From assembly GCA_041640635.1 (NCBI GenBank), contig JBEPZX010000006.1, positions 16,586-80,585 of the forward strand: a stretch of DNA of 64,000 nucleotides. The letters are read 5' to 3'. Position numbers and translations under genes: made by a program. Under the pieces are notes generated by a model. That model did no database searches. It was not told where the DNA came from and saw only the letters and a program-made list of their open reading frames with translations. This DNA comes from Aquificaceae bacterium. GTDB taxonomy: Bacteria > Aquificota > Aquificia > Aquificales > Aquificaceae. This document shows positions 34,711 through 45,686 of this stretch, in pieces; within the stretch, counting starts at the first letter, position 1; the number at the start of each line of letters is the position of its first letter.

Positions 34711-35985
34711 ATGGAAAAAATGGAAAAAGAATGGTTCTTGCTTTCAATAATCTCGTTAGGTATTGGTGGTTTCTTTGCTTTTGTGATAGCAATGGCAAGA
34801 ACACCTGGTGTTTACGAATACTTTCCACCTAACTATTTTTATCATGCCCTTACTGGACATGTAGACTTAGCTATAGTAGTATTTCTTCTGAGTTTTACCA
34901 TACTTATATGGAATAGAACATTTAGCTTGAGGCTTAAAGCAAGTTTTTACTTGGCTCTTTTAGGTTTTTTAGGAATAGCTCTAGCTTCCCTTTTAGGCAG
35001 AGGTCAGGCTGTATCTAACAATTACTTTCCAACAATAGTTCATCCTATATTTTTCCTTGGAGCTTTATCTTTTTTTGTAGCTTTTTGGATAGAAACTATA
35101 AGATTTCTGAAAATATCACTGAAAAAAATGCTTTCATCTGATCCTTTAGAAAACTCTGCTGCAATTAGTGTAATTCTGGGATTTCTTATTTTAATTTCTA
35201 CTATTTTTTCATCCTTCCGAGTGGGTACTCATGATGAGCTTTATAAATTTTATGAAAGACTTTATTGGGCGCCTGGACATATTCATCAATTCTTGAACGG
35301 GGCTATTTTGCTTTATGTTTGGTATTTCCTTTTAAAAATAGATGGAAAAGATATTAAACTCAACAAATTGAGGTATTTAAACTCAGTATTTTTAATTTTT
35401 GGTATTCTTTTAAGTGTCGTTCCTATTATCTTTTCTGATCCTATTTCCTACAATGCTAAGTTGTTTACGGAAATTGCTTATGCAACAGGTCTTGGAATTC
35501 CTATGTTCATACATGCATTTAATGTTATTAGAAACTTAAAGATAAATTGGCGAAATATTTATTCTTTTGGTATGTTTCTATCTTTGGTTCTTTACTTTTT
35601 GGGAGTCGTTATCGCTTATCTTGGAATAAAATCAGATTTAAGAGTACCAGCACACTATCATGGTACTGTTACGAGCTTAACATTGGCTTTAATGGTATTC
35701 TCATACTATCTAGTTATGGAGTATGGATGGAAAAATAAACTTAGCAAATTAACCAACTTTCAAGCTTATTTATACGGCATAGGAATGATTCTTTTTATAC
35801 TTGGGCTTTACTTTGCAGGTAAAGGTGGTGCACCAAGAAAAACGTATGGGACAGAGTATACAGATAGCTTATTTGTTCTTTCTTCTCTTGTCCTAATGGG
35901 TATTGGAACTCTGATGGCTGTTATAGGTGGAATTATTTTTGTGATGTATATTTTAAAAAGCTGGCATGAGAAGGAAAAGGGATGA
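34711..35985 (+). CDS. Divergent heme-copper oxidase subunit I-like membrane protein
   Basis: About 12 TM; TGHVD, WAPGHIHQF, VPAHYHG, GAPRK fall in the same order as the COX1 ligand motifs. Confidence 0.7.
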   Translation: MEKMEKEWFLLSIISLGIGGFFAFVIAMARTPGVYEYFPPNYFYHALTGHVDLAIVVFLLSFTILIWNRTFSLRLKASFYLALLGFLGIALASLLGRGQAVSNNYFPTIVHPIFFLGALSFFVAFWIETIRFLKISLKKMLSSDPLENSAAISVILGFLILISTIFSSFRVGTHDELYKFYERLYWAPGHIHQFLNGAILLYVWYFLLKIDGKDIKLNKLRYLNSVFLIFGILLSVVPIIFSDPISYNAKLFTEIAYATGLGIPMFIHAFNVIRNLKINWRNIYSFGMFLSLVLYFLGVVIAYLGIKSDLRVPAHYHGTVTSLTLALMVFSYYLVMEYGWKNKLSKLTNFQAYLYGIGMILFILGLYFAGKGGAPRKTYGTEYTDSLFVLSSLVLMGIGTLMAVIGGIIFVMYILKSWHEKEKG

Positions 35986-36079
35986 CAAAAATTTAGCTAT
36001 AGCCGTATCCTTGATAGTTATAGTAATAATTACGTATTTGATGACAATAGCAGCAGCTTACATCCTAACTAATAAGTAG
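35966..36079 (+). CDS. Unannotated 37-aa single-TM peptide
   Basis: My translation MRRKRDDKNLAIAVSLIVIVIITYLMTIAAAYILTNK*; overlaps previous gene end and fills the gap to argH. Confidence 0.6.
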   Translation: MRRKRDDKNLAIAVSLIVIVIITYLMTIAAAYILTNK

Positions 36080-36094
36080 TTTATACTAGCTATT

Positions 36095-37468
36095 ATGGAA
36101 AAAGCGTGGGAAGGCAGATTCAAAGAACCCATAGACAAGTTTGTAGAAGACTTTACACAATCTGTAAGCTTTGACAAGAGATTAGCCATCTACGATATAG
36201 ATGGCAGTATAGCTCACGTTAAAGCACTTCAGAATGGAGACATTCTTACACAGGAAGAAGCGGATAGCATAATAAAGGGGTTAACTTCCATAAAAGAGGA
36301 TATTCAGAAGGGGGTTTTTGAATTCAAAAAAGAGTATGAAGACGTTCACATGAACATAGAAAAGGAGCTTATAAAGAGAGTTGGTGATGTAGGTGGCAAG
36401 CTTCATACAGGAAGATCAAGAAATGATCAAGTAGCTACAGATGAAAAGCTTTACATAAAAGATGAGATTGGTCAAATTATCGAGCTCTTAAGGAACTTAA
36501 GGAAAACCCTTACAGAACTTGCCATAAAAAGCATAGATATCTTAGCACCGTCCTATACACACCTTCAGAAGGCACAGCCTATTAGGCTTGCTCACTACTT
36601 TTTGGCTTACAGGGAAATGTTTGTTTCAGATACAGAGAGATTCTTCTTTGCATACAGGATGGCAGACAGGCTTCCTTTGGGGGCAGGTGCTGTAGCGGGT
36701 GTTGACTTTCCAATAGATAGGTTCTTTACCTCTCATGAACTAAACTTTAGCAGGCTTGTTAGAAACTCCATTTACGCAACATCGGATAGGGATTTTATAG
36801 CGGATACCATTTACGCTTGTGGTGTCACCATGATGCACCTTTCCAGATTGGCAGAGGATTTGATAATATGGGCAACGGAGGAGTTTGGATTTGTAGACTT
36901 GCCAGATAAACTGTGCACAGGAAGTTCCATAATGCCCCAAAAGAAAAACCCAGATGTATTGGAGCTTATACGTGGAAAGAGCGCAAGAGTTTTTGGCAAC
37001 TTGATTGGCATTCTCTCACTTCAAAAGGGACTCCCTATGGCATACAACAGAGACCTTCAAGAGGATAAAGAGTTTCTGTTTGACAGTATAGACACATTAA
37101 AAAGCTCATTGGAAGGGATGGCTTTGGTTTTGCAGAATATGAAAATAATGGAAAACAAAGTAAGCTCACGGGCTGGCGGTTTTAGTTTGATGACGGACTT
37201 GGCTAACTATCTTGTAACAAAAGGTGTCCCTTTTAGGGAAGCTCACAAAATTGCAGGACAGATTACATCGCACCTGTTAGCAACAAATAGAAATCCCGAA
37301 TCTTTGACGCTTGAGGAGTTAAAGAGATTCTCACCTTTGTATGAAGAGGATGTCCTGGACCTTTTAAATCCTCAGTGCGTAGCCGACAGGAGAAAGACCT
37401 TTGGAGGAACATCTAAAGAGGATATCCTAAAACGTATAGAAGTAGCAAAGAGAGAGGATGGTTTATAA
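36095..37468 (+). CDS. argH: Argininosuccinate lyase
   Basis: EDVHMNIE, HTGRSRNDQV, YTHLQKAQP, GSSIMPQKKNPD. Confidence 0.97.
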   Translation: MEKAWEGRFKEPIDKFVEDFTQSVSFDKRLAIYDIDGSIAHVKALQNGDILTQEEADSIIKGLTSIKEDIQKGVFEFKKEYEDVHMNIEKELIKRVGDVGGKLHTGRSRNDQVATDEKLYIKDEIGQIIELLRNLRKTLTELAIKSIDILAPSYTHLQKAQPIRLAHYFLAYREMFVSDTERFFFAYRMADRLPLGAGAVAGVDFPIDRFFTSHELNFSRLVRNSIYATSDRDFIADTIYACGVTMMHLSRLAEDLIIWATEEFGFVDLPDKLCTGSSIMPQKKNPDVLELIRGKSARVFGNLIGILSLQKGLPMAYNRDLQEDKEFLFDSIDTLKSSLEGMALVLQNMKIMENKVSSRAGGFSLMTDLANYLVTKGVPFREAHKIAGQITSHLLATNRNPESLTLEELKRFSPLYEEDVLDLLNPQCVADRRKTFGGTSKEDILKRIEVAKREDGL

Positions 37469-37477
37469 TCTTTAAAG

Positions 37478-37693
37478 ATGAAGATAAGAGTTTTAATAAT
37501 GCCTAAGGAAGGACTACTCGATCCAGAAGGAAGAGCTGTGAAGGAAATGCTAATAGACAACGGATATAGTGTAAAGGATGTAAAGGTGGGAAAAGTGGTA
37601 GAACTTGAGCTGGATGAGACAGCACCTGTGAAAGAAATTGTAGAAAAGTATATTGTTAACCCGTTGATACAAGATTACTTTATACAAGAGTAA
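37478..37693 (+). CDS. purS: FGAM synthase subunit PurS
   Basis: PKEGLLDPEG, VKVGK, NPLIQDY. Confidence 0.9.
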   Translation: MKIRVLIMPKEGLLDPEGRAVKEMLIDNGYSVKDVKVGKVVELELDETAPVKEIVEKYIVNPLIQDYFIQE

Positions 37694-38013
37694 TGGAAGA
37701 ACAAAGAAATTTGGACCATCACATTCGTCAAATAGCAAAGACACTGGGCTTTGCTGAGCCTGTAGGCTTCATGCTCTCTTACGAGATAGGAGACATATGG
37801 ATAGACATCTATTTAGACAAAGGGGATGAAGGTTGGAACAACAGGACGTATACCATAAGCGTGCCAAAAAGTAAAGAAAAACAACTCAGAGATTTCATAA
37901 AAGATATAGGCAGTGAAGGTCAAAACATCATATCTGACTCAGAGAGAGTTTACGCAAGTTTAACTCAGGAAGACTGGGAGCTTTTAAGCCCCTCTATAAC
38001 AAATTTGCTTTAG
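37693..38013 (+). CDS. Hypothetical protein (106 aa)
   Basis: ORF coupled to purS (TAATG overlap); no recognised motif. Confidence 0.75.
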   Translation: MEEQRNLDHHIRQIAKTLGFAEPVGFMLSYEIGDIWIDIYLDKGDEGWNNRTYTISVPKSKEKQLRDFIKDIGSEGQNIISDSERVYASLTQEDWELLSPSITNLL

Positions 38014-38022
38014 GAGTGTAAA

Positions 38023-38889
38023 ATGAAGGTGGGTTTTATAGGGCTGGGAACCTTAGGCAAAGAGATAGCAAGTAGACTCATTTCTGAAGGTGTAGACCTC
38101 ATAGTCTGGAACAGAAGCAAAGAAAAGACAAAGGACCTAAAATGCATTATTGCTGACTCACCGGCAGAGCTTATAAAGCATGTAGACAGAGTCTTTGTGA
38201 TGGTTTTTGATAGCAAAGCCTCGGAAGAGGTAATATTTGGCAAAAATGGATTGGCTCAAGGTCCTATAGAAGGGAAAACCATAATAGATATGACTACCAA
38301 TCATCATGATTACGTTGCTTTTGCCTACGAGGAAGTAAAAAGTAGAGGTGGTTTTTATCTCGATGCTCCTGTATTGGGGAGTGTAGTTCCAGCAAGAAAA
38401 GGTGAACTGACCATCTTGGTAGCTGGTGATGAAGGGAAGTTCAATGAGAGTAAACCTTTGTTTGAAAAGTTCTGCAAAGCTATATTTTACGTAGGTAAGG
38501 CGGGAAACGCTACAAAGTTAAAACTCATAAACAACTTGGTGCTGGGGAGCTTTATGTTAGCTTTGGCAGAAGCTATAGCGCTTGGAGAAAAGGCAGGCTT
38601 TCCTAAGGAGCTCGTTGTGGATATGCTTCAAAATGGAGCGGGAAAGTCTGCAATACTGGATGTAAAGAGAGAAAAACTCCTAAAGGAAGACTTTGAAACC
38701 CATTTTTCCGTAGATCTCATCCACAAAGACCTGCATTACTTGGACGATTTTATATACGGTGTAGATGCTTTTAGTTTCTTGACTTCAAATGTAAAAAACG
38801 CTTATGCAATAGCTAAAAACATGGGTTTGGATCATCTGGACTTTTCCGCTGTATACAAGATATTTAAATTACATGTATCCGGAGATTGA
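38023..38889 (+). CDS. Beta-hydroxyacid dehydrogenase (3-hydroxyisobutyrate/6PGDH family)
   Basis: [38 protein letters not shown]. Confidence 0.9.
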   Translation: MKVGFIGLGTLGKEIASRLISEGVDLIVWNRSKEKTKDLKCIIADSPAELIKHVDRVFVMVFDSKASEEVIFGKNGLAQGPIEGKTIIDMTTNHHDYVAFAYEEVKSRGGFYLDAPVLGSVVPARKGELTILVAGDEGKFNESKPLFEKFCKAIFYVGKAGNATKLKLINNLVLGSFMLALAEAIALGEKAGFPKELVVDMLQNGAGKSAILDVKREKLLKEDFETHFSVDLIHKDLHYLDDFIYGVDAFSFLTSNVKNAYAIAKNMGLDHLDFSAVYKIFKLHVSGD

Positions 38890-40402
38890 GTTTGTAAAAG
38901 GTATAAAGCACACAGCTCACGGGCTTAACTTTTATCTCTCCTTTTTTGATGATATAGCCAAGCTTATTCCAAGAGAAGATTACTGCTTCATAGTTGGTGG
39001 ATGGGTAAGGGATAGAATCTTAGGTGAACCTGTAGGTTATAACATAGATGTTGATCTTTTGGTTACGTGTGATCCAAGGGAGGTAGCCCAAAAGTTTGCA
39101 CAAGTAATTGGAGGCTCTTACTTTGAGTTTGAAAAGAAAGGTCTAATAATAAAAAGACCTACCATAGCCACTGTGATTTTGCGCGTTAGCCCTTACAAGT
39201 ACAGGTTTGACTTTGCCCAGATAAAGGGTAAAGATATAGAAAAAGCCTTGGTGGAAGACCTAAAATCTCGTGATTTTACATGCAATGCAATAGCTGTAAG
39301 TATAGACGATGTTTTGAGCATAGGTTCAAAGCAAACCATACTCTACGACCCAACAGGCGGCATAGATGACCTGGAGAAGGGAATACTTAGACCCCTATCT
39401 TTGAAAAATCTTGAAGAGGACCCAGTGAGACTAATACGAGGTTTTAGACTTTCCATAGAGAAGGATCTGGAGCTCACTCAGGACTTTTTGGAATTCACAA
39501 AAACCAAAGGCTATATTATCAAAAAAGCTCCACCTGAGAGGGTGAGTCTTGAACTTTTCAAGATACTTAAAAATAACAGATCTGGAAATATCATAAGAAA
39601 GTTATACGAAAGCAAGCTTTTAGAGTATATATTCCCAGAGGTAAGCGATTTTCGAAAGATACAAAATCAGGGTGAAAACCACGTATATCCCTTGGATGAA
39701 CACGTGCTTAGAGTTTTAGAAGCTCTAGATGAGGTCATACAAAATAGGCAAGCTTACATAAGCGGGGAGTTTTTAGAAGACTTTGGGCATATGCACTTTA
39801 TGGGTGAGTTTTCGGATATAGAAGCGCTCAAGCTTGGTGCTTTGTTTCACGATATAGCCAAACCCGCAACCTTTGAGATCAGAGATGGAAAAGTTACCTT
39901 CTACAATCACGATAAACTAGGAAGCCATATGGTAAGAGAAATAGGCAAGAGAATGAGATGGGGGAGCGATGTCACCAACTTTGTCTCAAAAATTGTGGAA
40001 CACCACCTTAGACCCTTTTATCTAAGAGAGTCTTTAGTTAAGGAACAATTAACCGATAAAGGACGAGCCAAATTCTGGAGAGAGTGCGGAGATATCGCTA
40101 CACACCTATTTTTGCACGCCATAGCAGATGCTATAGCAAGTAAAGACACTCAAAAGCAGTTAAAAGCCCTCTTAGAAGTTATACATGACCTTTACCAATA
40201 CAAAAAAAGTAAGTATTCTCAAGTGCCTGTAGAGCCTCTACTTAATGGAAAGGAGATTATGGATATACTAGGCATTCCGGAAGGACCTATGATAGGAAAG
40301 ATTAAAAAGGAACTGGAAACGGCTCAGATAGAGGGCGTAGTTAAAACCAAAGAGGAGGCGATAGAGTTTATTAAGAGTCTGCTAAATAAAAATCGAGCCT
40401 AA
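38873..40402 (+). CDS. Class II tRNA nucleotidyltransferase with HD domain, likely CC-adding enzyme
   Basis: [34 protein letters not shown]; resembles the Aquifex CC-adding enzyme as I recall it. Confidence 0.85.
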   Translation: MYPEIEFVKGIKHTAHGLNFYLSFFDDIAKLIPREDYCFIVGGWVRDRILGEPVGYNIDVDLLVTCDPREVAQKFAQVIGGSYFEFEKKGLIIKRPTIATVILRVSPYKYRFDFAQIKGKDIEKALVEDLKSRDFTCNAIAVSIDDVLSIGSKQTILYDPTGGIDDLEKGILRPLSLKNLEEDPVRLIRGFRLSIEKDLELTQDFLEFTKTKGYIIKKAPPERVSLELFKILKNNRSGNIIRKLYESKLLEYIFPEVSDFRKIQNQGENHVYPLDEHVLRVLEALDEVIQNRQAYISGEFLEDFGHMHFMGEFSDIEALKLGALFHDIAKPATFEIRDGKVTFYNHDKLGSHMVREIGKRMRWGSDVTNFVSKIVEHHLRPFYLRESLVKEQLTDKGRAKFWRECGDIATHLFLHAIADAIASKDTQKQLKALLEVIHDLYQYKKSKYSQVPVEPLLNGKEIMDILGIPEGPMIGKIKKELETAQIEGVVKTKEEAIEFIKSLLNKNRA

Positions 40403-40448
40403 ATATGGTATAATATCTACACAAACATTGCAGAGGAGGTTTTAGGAT

Positions 40449-40685
40449 ATGGACCTTGAACAAAGAGTAAAGGAAATAATCATGGACCAATTGGGTGTAG
40501 AAATGGATAAACTTAGCAACGAAGCTAAATTTGTAGAAGATTTAGGGGCTGATTCCTTGGATGTAGTTGAACTGATAATGGCTTTTGAAGAGGAGTTTGG
40601 AATAGAAATACCTGATGAAGATGCAGAGAAGATAAGAACAGTAGGTGACGTGTTAAATTACTTAAAGGAAAAAGTAAAAGCTTGA
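40449..40685 (+). CDS. acpP: Acyl carrier protein
   Basis: [12 protein letters not shown]. Confidence 0.97.
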   Translation: MDLEQRVKEIIMDQLGVEMDKLSNEAKFVEDLGADSLDVVELIMAFEEEFGIEIPDEDAEKIRTVGDVLNYLKEKVKA

Positions 40686-41923
40686 TGAGAAGGGTAGTTG
40701 TTACGGGTCTTGGTGTTGTATCCCCTATAGGAACTGGCATAAATAAATTTTGGGATAACTTAGTTGCAGGCGTAAGCGGTGTAGACATAATAAAGAGGTT
40801 TGACCCCATAGAGATAGGCTTACCTGTGCATATAGCCGCTGAGGTAAAGGACTTTCAGCCTGAGTTATACTTTGACAAAAAGGAGATTCAAAAGGTATCC
40901 GATTTCATAAAGTTTGCCGTCGCTGCTGCGGATGAAGCGATAAAGGATAGTGGTTTAGATAACTCAAAATTTGACCCGTATAGAGTAGGCGTTATAGTAG
41001 GCACAGGTATAGGTGGACTTAGAGATATAGAAGAGCAACAAAAGATTTTGATGGAAAAAGGTCCAAGGAGGGTTTCACCTTTTTTCATACCTTACGGTAT
41101 CTCCAACATGGCAAGTGGATTAATAGCTATTAGGCATGGTTTTAAGGGTCCCAATTACTGTGTAGTTTCCGCCTGTGCTACAGGAAACCACGCCATCGGC
41201 GATGCCATGCGACTAATACAGAAAGGAGATATAGATATTGCAGTAGCTGGTGGGTGTGAAAGCGCCATAACTCCACTAGGTATAGCTGGATTTGCTTCCA
41301 TGAAGGCACTGTCCACCCGTAACGATAACCCAAAGGCAGCCTCTAGACCCTTTGACAAAGACAGAGATGGCTTTGTTATGGGAGAAGGAGCAGGAGTTTT
41401 GGTGTTGGAAGAGTATGAGCACGCAAAAGCTAGAGGAGCCAAAATATACGCCGAACTCGCTGGTTATGGAGCTACAGACGATGCCTATCACATAACAGCT
41501 CCATGCGCCGATGGTGAAGGTGCGTATATGTGTATGAAGCTAGCTTTGAACGATGCTGGTATAAAACCAGAAGAGGTGGATTATATAAACGCGCATGGAA
41601 CGTCTACGCCACTAAACGATAAATCGGAAACTTTGGCTATAAAGAGTCTCTTCGGAGAGCATGCATACAAATTAAAAGTAAGCTCCAACAAATCCATGAT
41701 AGGGCACCTTCTTGGTGCAGCCGGAGCAGTAGAAGCAATTGCTAGCGTGTTAACAATACACTTTGGAAATATACCACCTACTATAAATTTAGAGAATCCA
41801 GATCCTGAATGTGATCTTGATTATGTGCCAAATAAAGCTATACAAAAACAAGTTAACGTAGCTCTCTCCAATTCTTTTGGCTTCGGTGGAACTAATGCCT
41901 GTATTGTCTTCAGAAAGCTTTGA
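40685..41923 (+). CDS. fabF: 3-oxoacyl-ACP synthase II
   Basis: [29 protein letters not shown]. Confidence 0.97.
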   Translation: MRRVVVTGLGVVSPIGTGINKFWDNLVAGVSGVDIIKRFDPIEIGLPVHIAAEVKDFQPELYFDKKEIQKVSDFIKFAVAAADEAIKDSGLDNSKFDPYRVGVIVGTGIGGLRDIEEQQKILMEKGPRRVSPFFIPYGISNMASGLIAIRHGFKGPNYCVVSACATGNHAIGDAMRLIQKGDIDIAVAGGCESAITPLGIAGFASMKALSTRNDNPKAASRPFDKDRDGFVMGEGAGVLVLEEYEHAKARGAKIYAELAGYGATDDAYHITAPCADGEGAYMCMKLALNDAGIKPEEVDYINAHGTSTPLNDKSETLAIKSLFGEHAYKLKVSSNKSMIGHLLGAAGAVEAIASVLTIHFGNIPPTINLENPDPECDLDYVPNKAIQKQVNVALSNSFGFGGTNACIVFRKL

Positions 41924-42608
41924 TGATTTAGAAAGTCGTCTCGGATACAAATTCAGAGATAAAAATATACTCATTCAGGCCTTAACTCATAAATCGCATA
42001 CATCAGATGATAAGAAAAGGAATTACGAGCTTCTAGAATTTCTAGGAGATTCTATTATAAATCTCTTCGTAGTTGAAATACTAGTTTCAGAATTTGGCAA
42101 TTTAAGAGAGGGAGATCTAGCTCCAATGAAAGCTTTTTTTGTGAGTGAGGATTTTTTAGCAAGCCTTGCTCAAGAACTTAATTTAGCTTCTTACATACTG
42201 GCAAACGGTGGAAAGTCTGACATAAGAAGTAATTCATCAATTATGGCTGATGTATTTGAAGCTTTGTGGGCCAGCATATACATAGATTCTAACAAAGACC
42301 TAAACTATGTGAAGGATCTGTTCAATAAATTATATAGAGATGTGATTATCCAGAAGATTAAATCTCACGAATATAAGAGAGATTACAAAACTATTCTTCA
42401 AGAGATCACACAAAAGAAATGGAAAGAAAGACCTTCATATAGAGTAATAAGTGTAACTGGCCCTCAACATAACAAAACCTTCCAAGTAGAATGTAGTATA
42501 AAAGACTACAGAACCATAGGTTTAGGTAAAAGTAAAAAGGAGGCGGAGCAGGATTCTGCTAAAAAATTGCTTGAGATACTCCAACCACTATCCACAGTGA
42601 AAAAGTGA
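41895..42608 (+). CDS. rnc: Ribonuclease III
   Basis: ALTHKS, LEFLGDS, ADVFEAL, dsRBD (DYKTILQE...GKSKKEAEQ); start uncertain, ATG 41895 chosen. Confidence 0.93.
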   Translation: MPVLSSESFDDLESRLGYKFRDKNILIQALTHKSHTSDDKKRNYELLEFLGDSIINLFVVEILVSEFGNLREGDLAPMKAFFVSEDFLASLAQELNLASYILANGGKSDIRSNSSIMADVFEALWASIYIDSNKDLNYVKDLFNKLYRDVIIQKIKSHEYKRDYKTILQEITQKKWKERPSYRVISVTGPQHNKTFQVECSIKDYRTIGLGKSKKEAEQDSAKKLLEILQPLSTVKK

Positions 42609-42888
42609 AACGACAACAGAATTAATACAATCCTTGAACAAGTAATCTGAAAGACACCTATTTACTTTTACACTACGAGTATAGGAAATTCATCAGCTCT
42701 AAAAGATTTTTACATGCACCTATATGCAACTCACAAGATTTAAAATTTTCTATCATCCTAGTTCCATAGAACTCAGAAAAATGCTACTTTCCATGTGTGA
42801 AGATTAATAGCTTAACCTACAAAATAGCTATAAAAACTGACGAATTTAAAAAATGACAAAATTACGCATTGGATCTATATTAAGGAGC

Positions 42889-44100
42889 TTATAAATCTCC
42901 TATCTTGATTATCCTTTGCTCTCCTGATTGCATGTTTTTGATGGTAACCACTTGTTTTTCTTTCTCATCCTCACCTATTATCACAACGTAAGATGCACCT
43001 AGCTTGTTAGCCAACTCCAATTGCTTTTTTAAGCTTCCCTTCTTGTAAGAAAACTCTACTTTTTTCCTCTTTTCTCTAAGTACATTGCTTACATTAAGAG
43101 CATAATCTACAACATTTCCAAACGGAATAACAACATAAAGTTCATCATCTTTTGGAGTTTCTCTTAGGAGCATAGAAAGTCTTTCTATACCTACTGCAAA
43201 GCCTATTGCCGGTGTAGGTGGTCCACCTAGTTCTTCTACCAAATAGTCGTACCTTCCACCGGCTATGACTGTGATATCCTCTTCTTCGGAAACAGCTTCA
43301 AACACCGTCTTTGTATAGTAATCAAGTCCTCTTACGAGATTGTAGTTTTCTACGTAAGGAATGTTCAACGTATACAATAAAGATTTCAATGATTCATAAT
43401 GTGTTTTACATTCGTCACACAAAAACTGAATCATTTTGGGTGCATCTTTTACAGCTTCTTTACAAGTTGGAACCTTACAATCCAATACTCTTAAAGGGTT
43501 TTTGTCCTTCCTTTCTAGACACACGTGACAAAGCTCACCAGATACAGAATTCAAATACTCTACTAATGTCTGTCTGTATCTAGGCCTACAAACTTTACAT
43601 CCTATGGAATTTATCTCTATGTGTGCATCTATTCCCAGCTTTTTTAGAGTTTTGTACACAATGCTTATTATCTCAGCATCTGCTACAGGGTCCAGTGTAC
43701 CAAAAATTTCAGCTCCTATTTGATGGAATTGCCTATATCTACCTGCTTGAGGTCTTTCGTATCTAAACATAGGACCTTCGTAAAACAACTTTTGGTAGGG
43801 TCTAAAAGCGTAAAGCTTATTATTTATGTAAGCTCTCACTGCACTTGCTGTACCCTCTGGTCTAAGAGCTAACAATCTGCCTTTTTTGTCTTCAAATACA
43901 AACATCTCCTTTTGAACGATATCCGTAACTTCACCTATGCTCCTTTGAAATAGTTCTGCAAACTCCACCACGGGAAGAATGATTTCTTGAAAATTATACT
44001 GATGGAGTAAATCCCTTATAGTGTTTGAAACCCTTCTAAACTTAGATAGATCTTCTCCAAAAATATCATGAAAACCTCTAACTGTATTTATTGTTTCCAT
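42889..44100 (-). CDS. hisS: Histidyl-tRNA synthetase
   Basis: LRPEGTAS, FRYERPQAGRYRQF, LVRGLDYY, GGRYD, GIERL; start moved to ATG 44100. Confidence 0.97.
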   Translation of the reverse strand: METINTVRGFHDIFGEDLSKFRRVSNTIRDLLHQYNFQEIILPVVEFAELFQRSIGEVTDIVQKEMFVFEDKKGRLLALRPEGTASAVRAYINNKLYAFRPYQKLFYEGPMFRYERPQAGRYRQFHQIGAEIFGTLDPVADAEIISIVYKTLKKLGIDAHIEINSIGCKVCRPRYRQTLVEYLNSVSGELCHVCLERKDKNPLRVLDCKVPTCKEAVKDAPKMIQFLCDECKTHYESLKSLLYTLNIPYVENYNLVRGLDYYTKTVFEAVSEEEDITVIAGGRYDYLVEELGGPPTPAIGFAVGIERLSMLLRETPKDDELYVVIPFGNVVDYALNVSNVLREKRKKVEFSYKKGSLKKQLELANKLGASYVVIIGEDEKEKQVVTIKNMQSGEQRIIKIGDL

Positions 44101-44110
44101 AAGTGATAAA

Positions 44111-44118
44111 ATTATAAT
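44111..44118. promoter_or_regulatory. Bidirectional -10 element ATTATAAT between hisS and comM-like gene
   Basis: TATAAT on both strands, each 10 nt from its ATG. Confidence 0.65.
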
Positions 44119-44128
44119 AACTCCTGCT

Positions 44129-45643
44129 ATGTTTTGTAGAATAAAAAGTGGAGGAATTTTGGGGATAGATGGATTCTTAGTAAACGTTGAAGTGGATATA
44201 TCTCCAGGGCTACCGCAGTTTAACATTGTAGGACTCCCAGATAAAGCTATAAATGAGTCAAAAGAAAGAGTGAGATCTAGTCTTAAGAACTTAAATATTA
44301 ATCTACCCTCTAAGCGCATCACTGTAAACCTTTCACCTTCTCACGTAAAAAAACAAGGTACTTTATATGATCTTCCAATAGCTTTGGGAATACTGAACCT
44401 TTTAGGCATAGCAGATATTCCAGAGAATACTATCTTTTTAGGCGAACTTTCTTTGGATGGTAAGATAAATAGCGTTCGAGGAGTTCTACCTATAGTTGCG
44501 TCTTTGGTATCCCAAGGTTTCGATACTTTTTTCGTTCCTAAAGATAACGAGTTAGAAGGCAGTATAGTAAAAGGCGCTAAGGTTTATGGCTTTGATTCAA
44601 TACAGGAAGTAATTGAATTTTTGAAGGGTAACTTAAACAGGAAACCTGCAAGCGTTAATATAGATGAGTTATTGAGTGAAGGTTTGGATTTTGCAATAGA
44701 TATTTCTGATGTCTACGGGCAGACTTTGGCAAAACGAGCTTTGGAAGTAGCAGCTGCAGGGTTTCACAATCTTTTACTTGTTGGTCCTCCTGGATCTGGT
44801 AAAAGTATGCTTGCCAAGCGTATAGTTACTATACTGCCAGCACCAGATTTTCAGGAAGCGCTAGAAGTTACAAAAATATACAGTGTGGCGGGTCTACTAA
44901 ATGAGCCTATGATAACTCAAAGACCTTTTAGATCTGTACATCATACCACTTCAGATATTGCCTTGATTGGTGGAGGAAGTGTTCCTATGCCTGGTGAGAT
45001 AAGCTTAGCCCATAGAGGAGTTCTTTTCTTAGATGAAATGGTAGAGTTCAGTAGAAAAGCTTTGGAAGCTTTGAGACAACCAATGGAAGATGGCAAGATA
45101 ACAGTCACTAGAGCTATGGGGAGGATTACGTACCCAGCTGAATTTTTACTAATAGCTGCTACAAATCCATGTGCATGTGGAAATTACGGAAATCCATACA
45201 AACCTTGTGTTTGTTCTCCCAATCAACTAAAGACTTTTCACTCTAAGCTTTCCGGACCTATTATGGATAGAATAGATATCAAAGTTTGGGTGGATCCGGT
45301 AGATAAAGAGGAGTTAATTAGTATGCAGAAAGGAGAAAGTTCCAAAAACATAAGAGAACGGGTAACCAGAGCCATAAACATCCAGAAGGAAAGATTCAAG
45401 GGGAGGTTTAAATTCAATTCGAGAATGACAGAAAAGGAAATAGAAAAGTACTGTATTTTGAAAGATGAGGCAAAATCCATACTCAAGATGGCTGTTGAAA
45501 AGTTTCACCTAAGTGGTAGAGGTTACGCAAAGGTTTTAAAAGTGGCTAGAACAATATCCGATTTGGATCAAGAAGAAATTATTCAAGCGGAGCATATTGT
45601 GCAAGCCTTACAGTTTAGAATAGATGAAAAATTCACACTATAG
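44129..45643 (+). CDS. comM: YifB/ComM-family Mg-chelatase-like AAA+ ATPase
   Basis: VGLPD..ESKERV, GPPGSGKSM, PGEISLAHRGVLFLDE, NPCACG, ARTISDL. Confidence 0.9.
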   Translation: MFCRIKSGGILGIDGFLVNVEVDISPGLPQFNIVGLPDKAINESKERVRSSLKNLNINLPSKRITVNLSPSHVKKQGTLYDLPIALGILNLLGIADIPENTIFLGELSLDGKINSVRGVLPIVASLVSQGFDTFFVPKDNELEGSIVKGAKVYGFDSIQEVIEFLKGNLNRKPASVNIDELLSEGLDFAIDISDVYGQTLAKRALEVAAAGFHNLLLVGPPGSGKSMLAKRIVTILPAPDFQEALEVTKIYSVAGLLNEPMITQRPFRSVHHTTSDIALIGGGSVPMPGEISLAHRGVLFLDEMVEFSRKALEALRQPMEDGKITVTRAMGRITYPAEFLLIAATNPCACGNYGNPYKPCVCSPNQLKTFHSKLSGPIMDRIDIKVWVDPVDKEELISMQKGESSKNIRERVTRAINIQKERFKGRFKFNSRMTEKEIEKYCILKDEAKSILKMAVEKFHLSGRGYAKVLKVARTISDLDQEEIIQAEHIVQALQFRIDEKFTL

Positions 45644-45686
45644 ATAAATTTAATAATTCTAGAGGATAAGTGTTTGGCACCAAATT

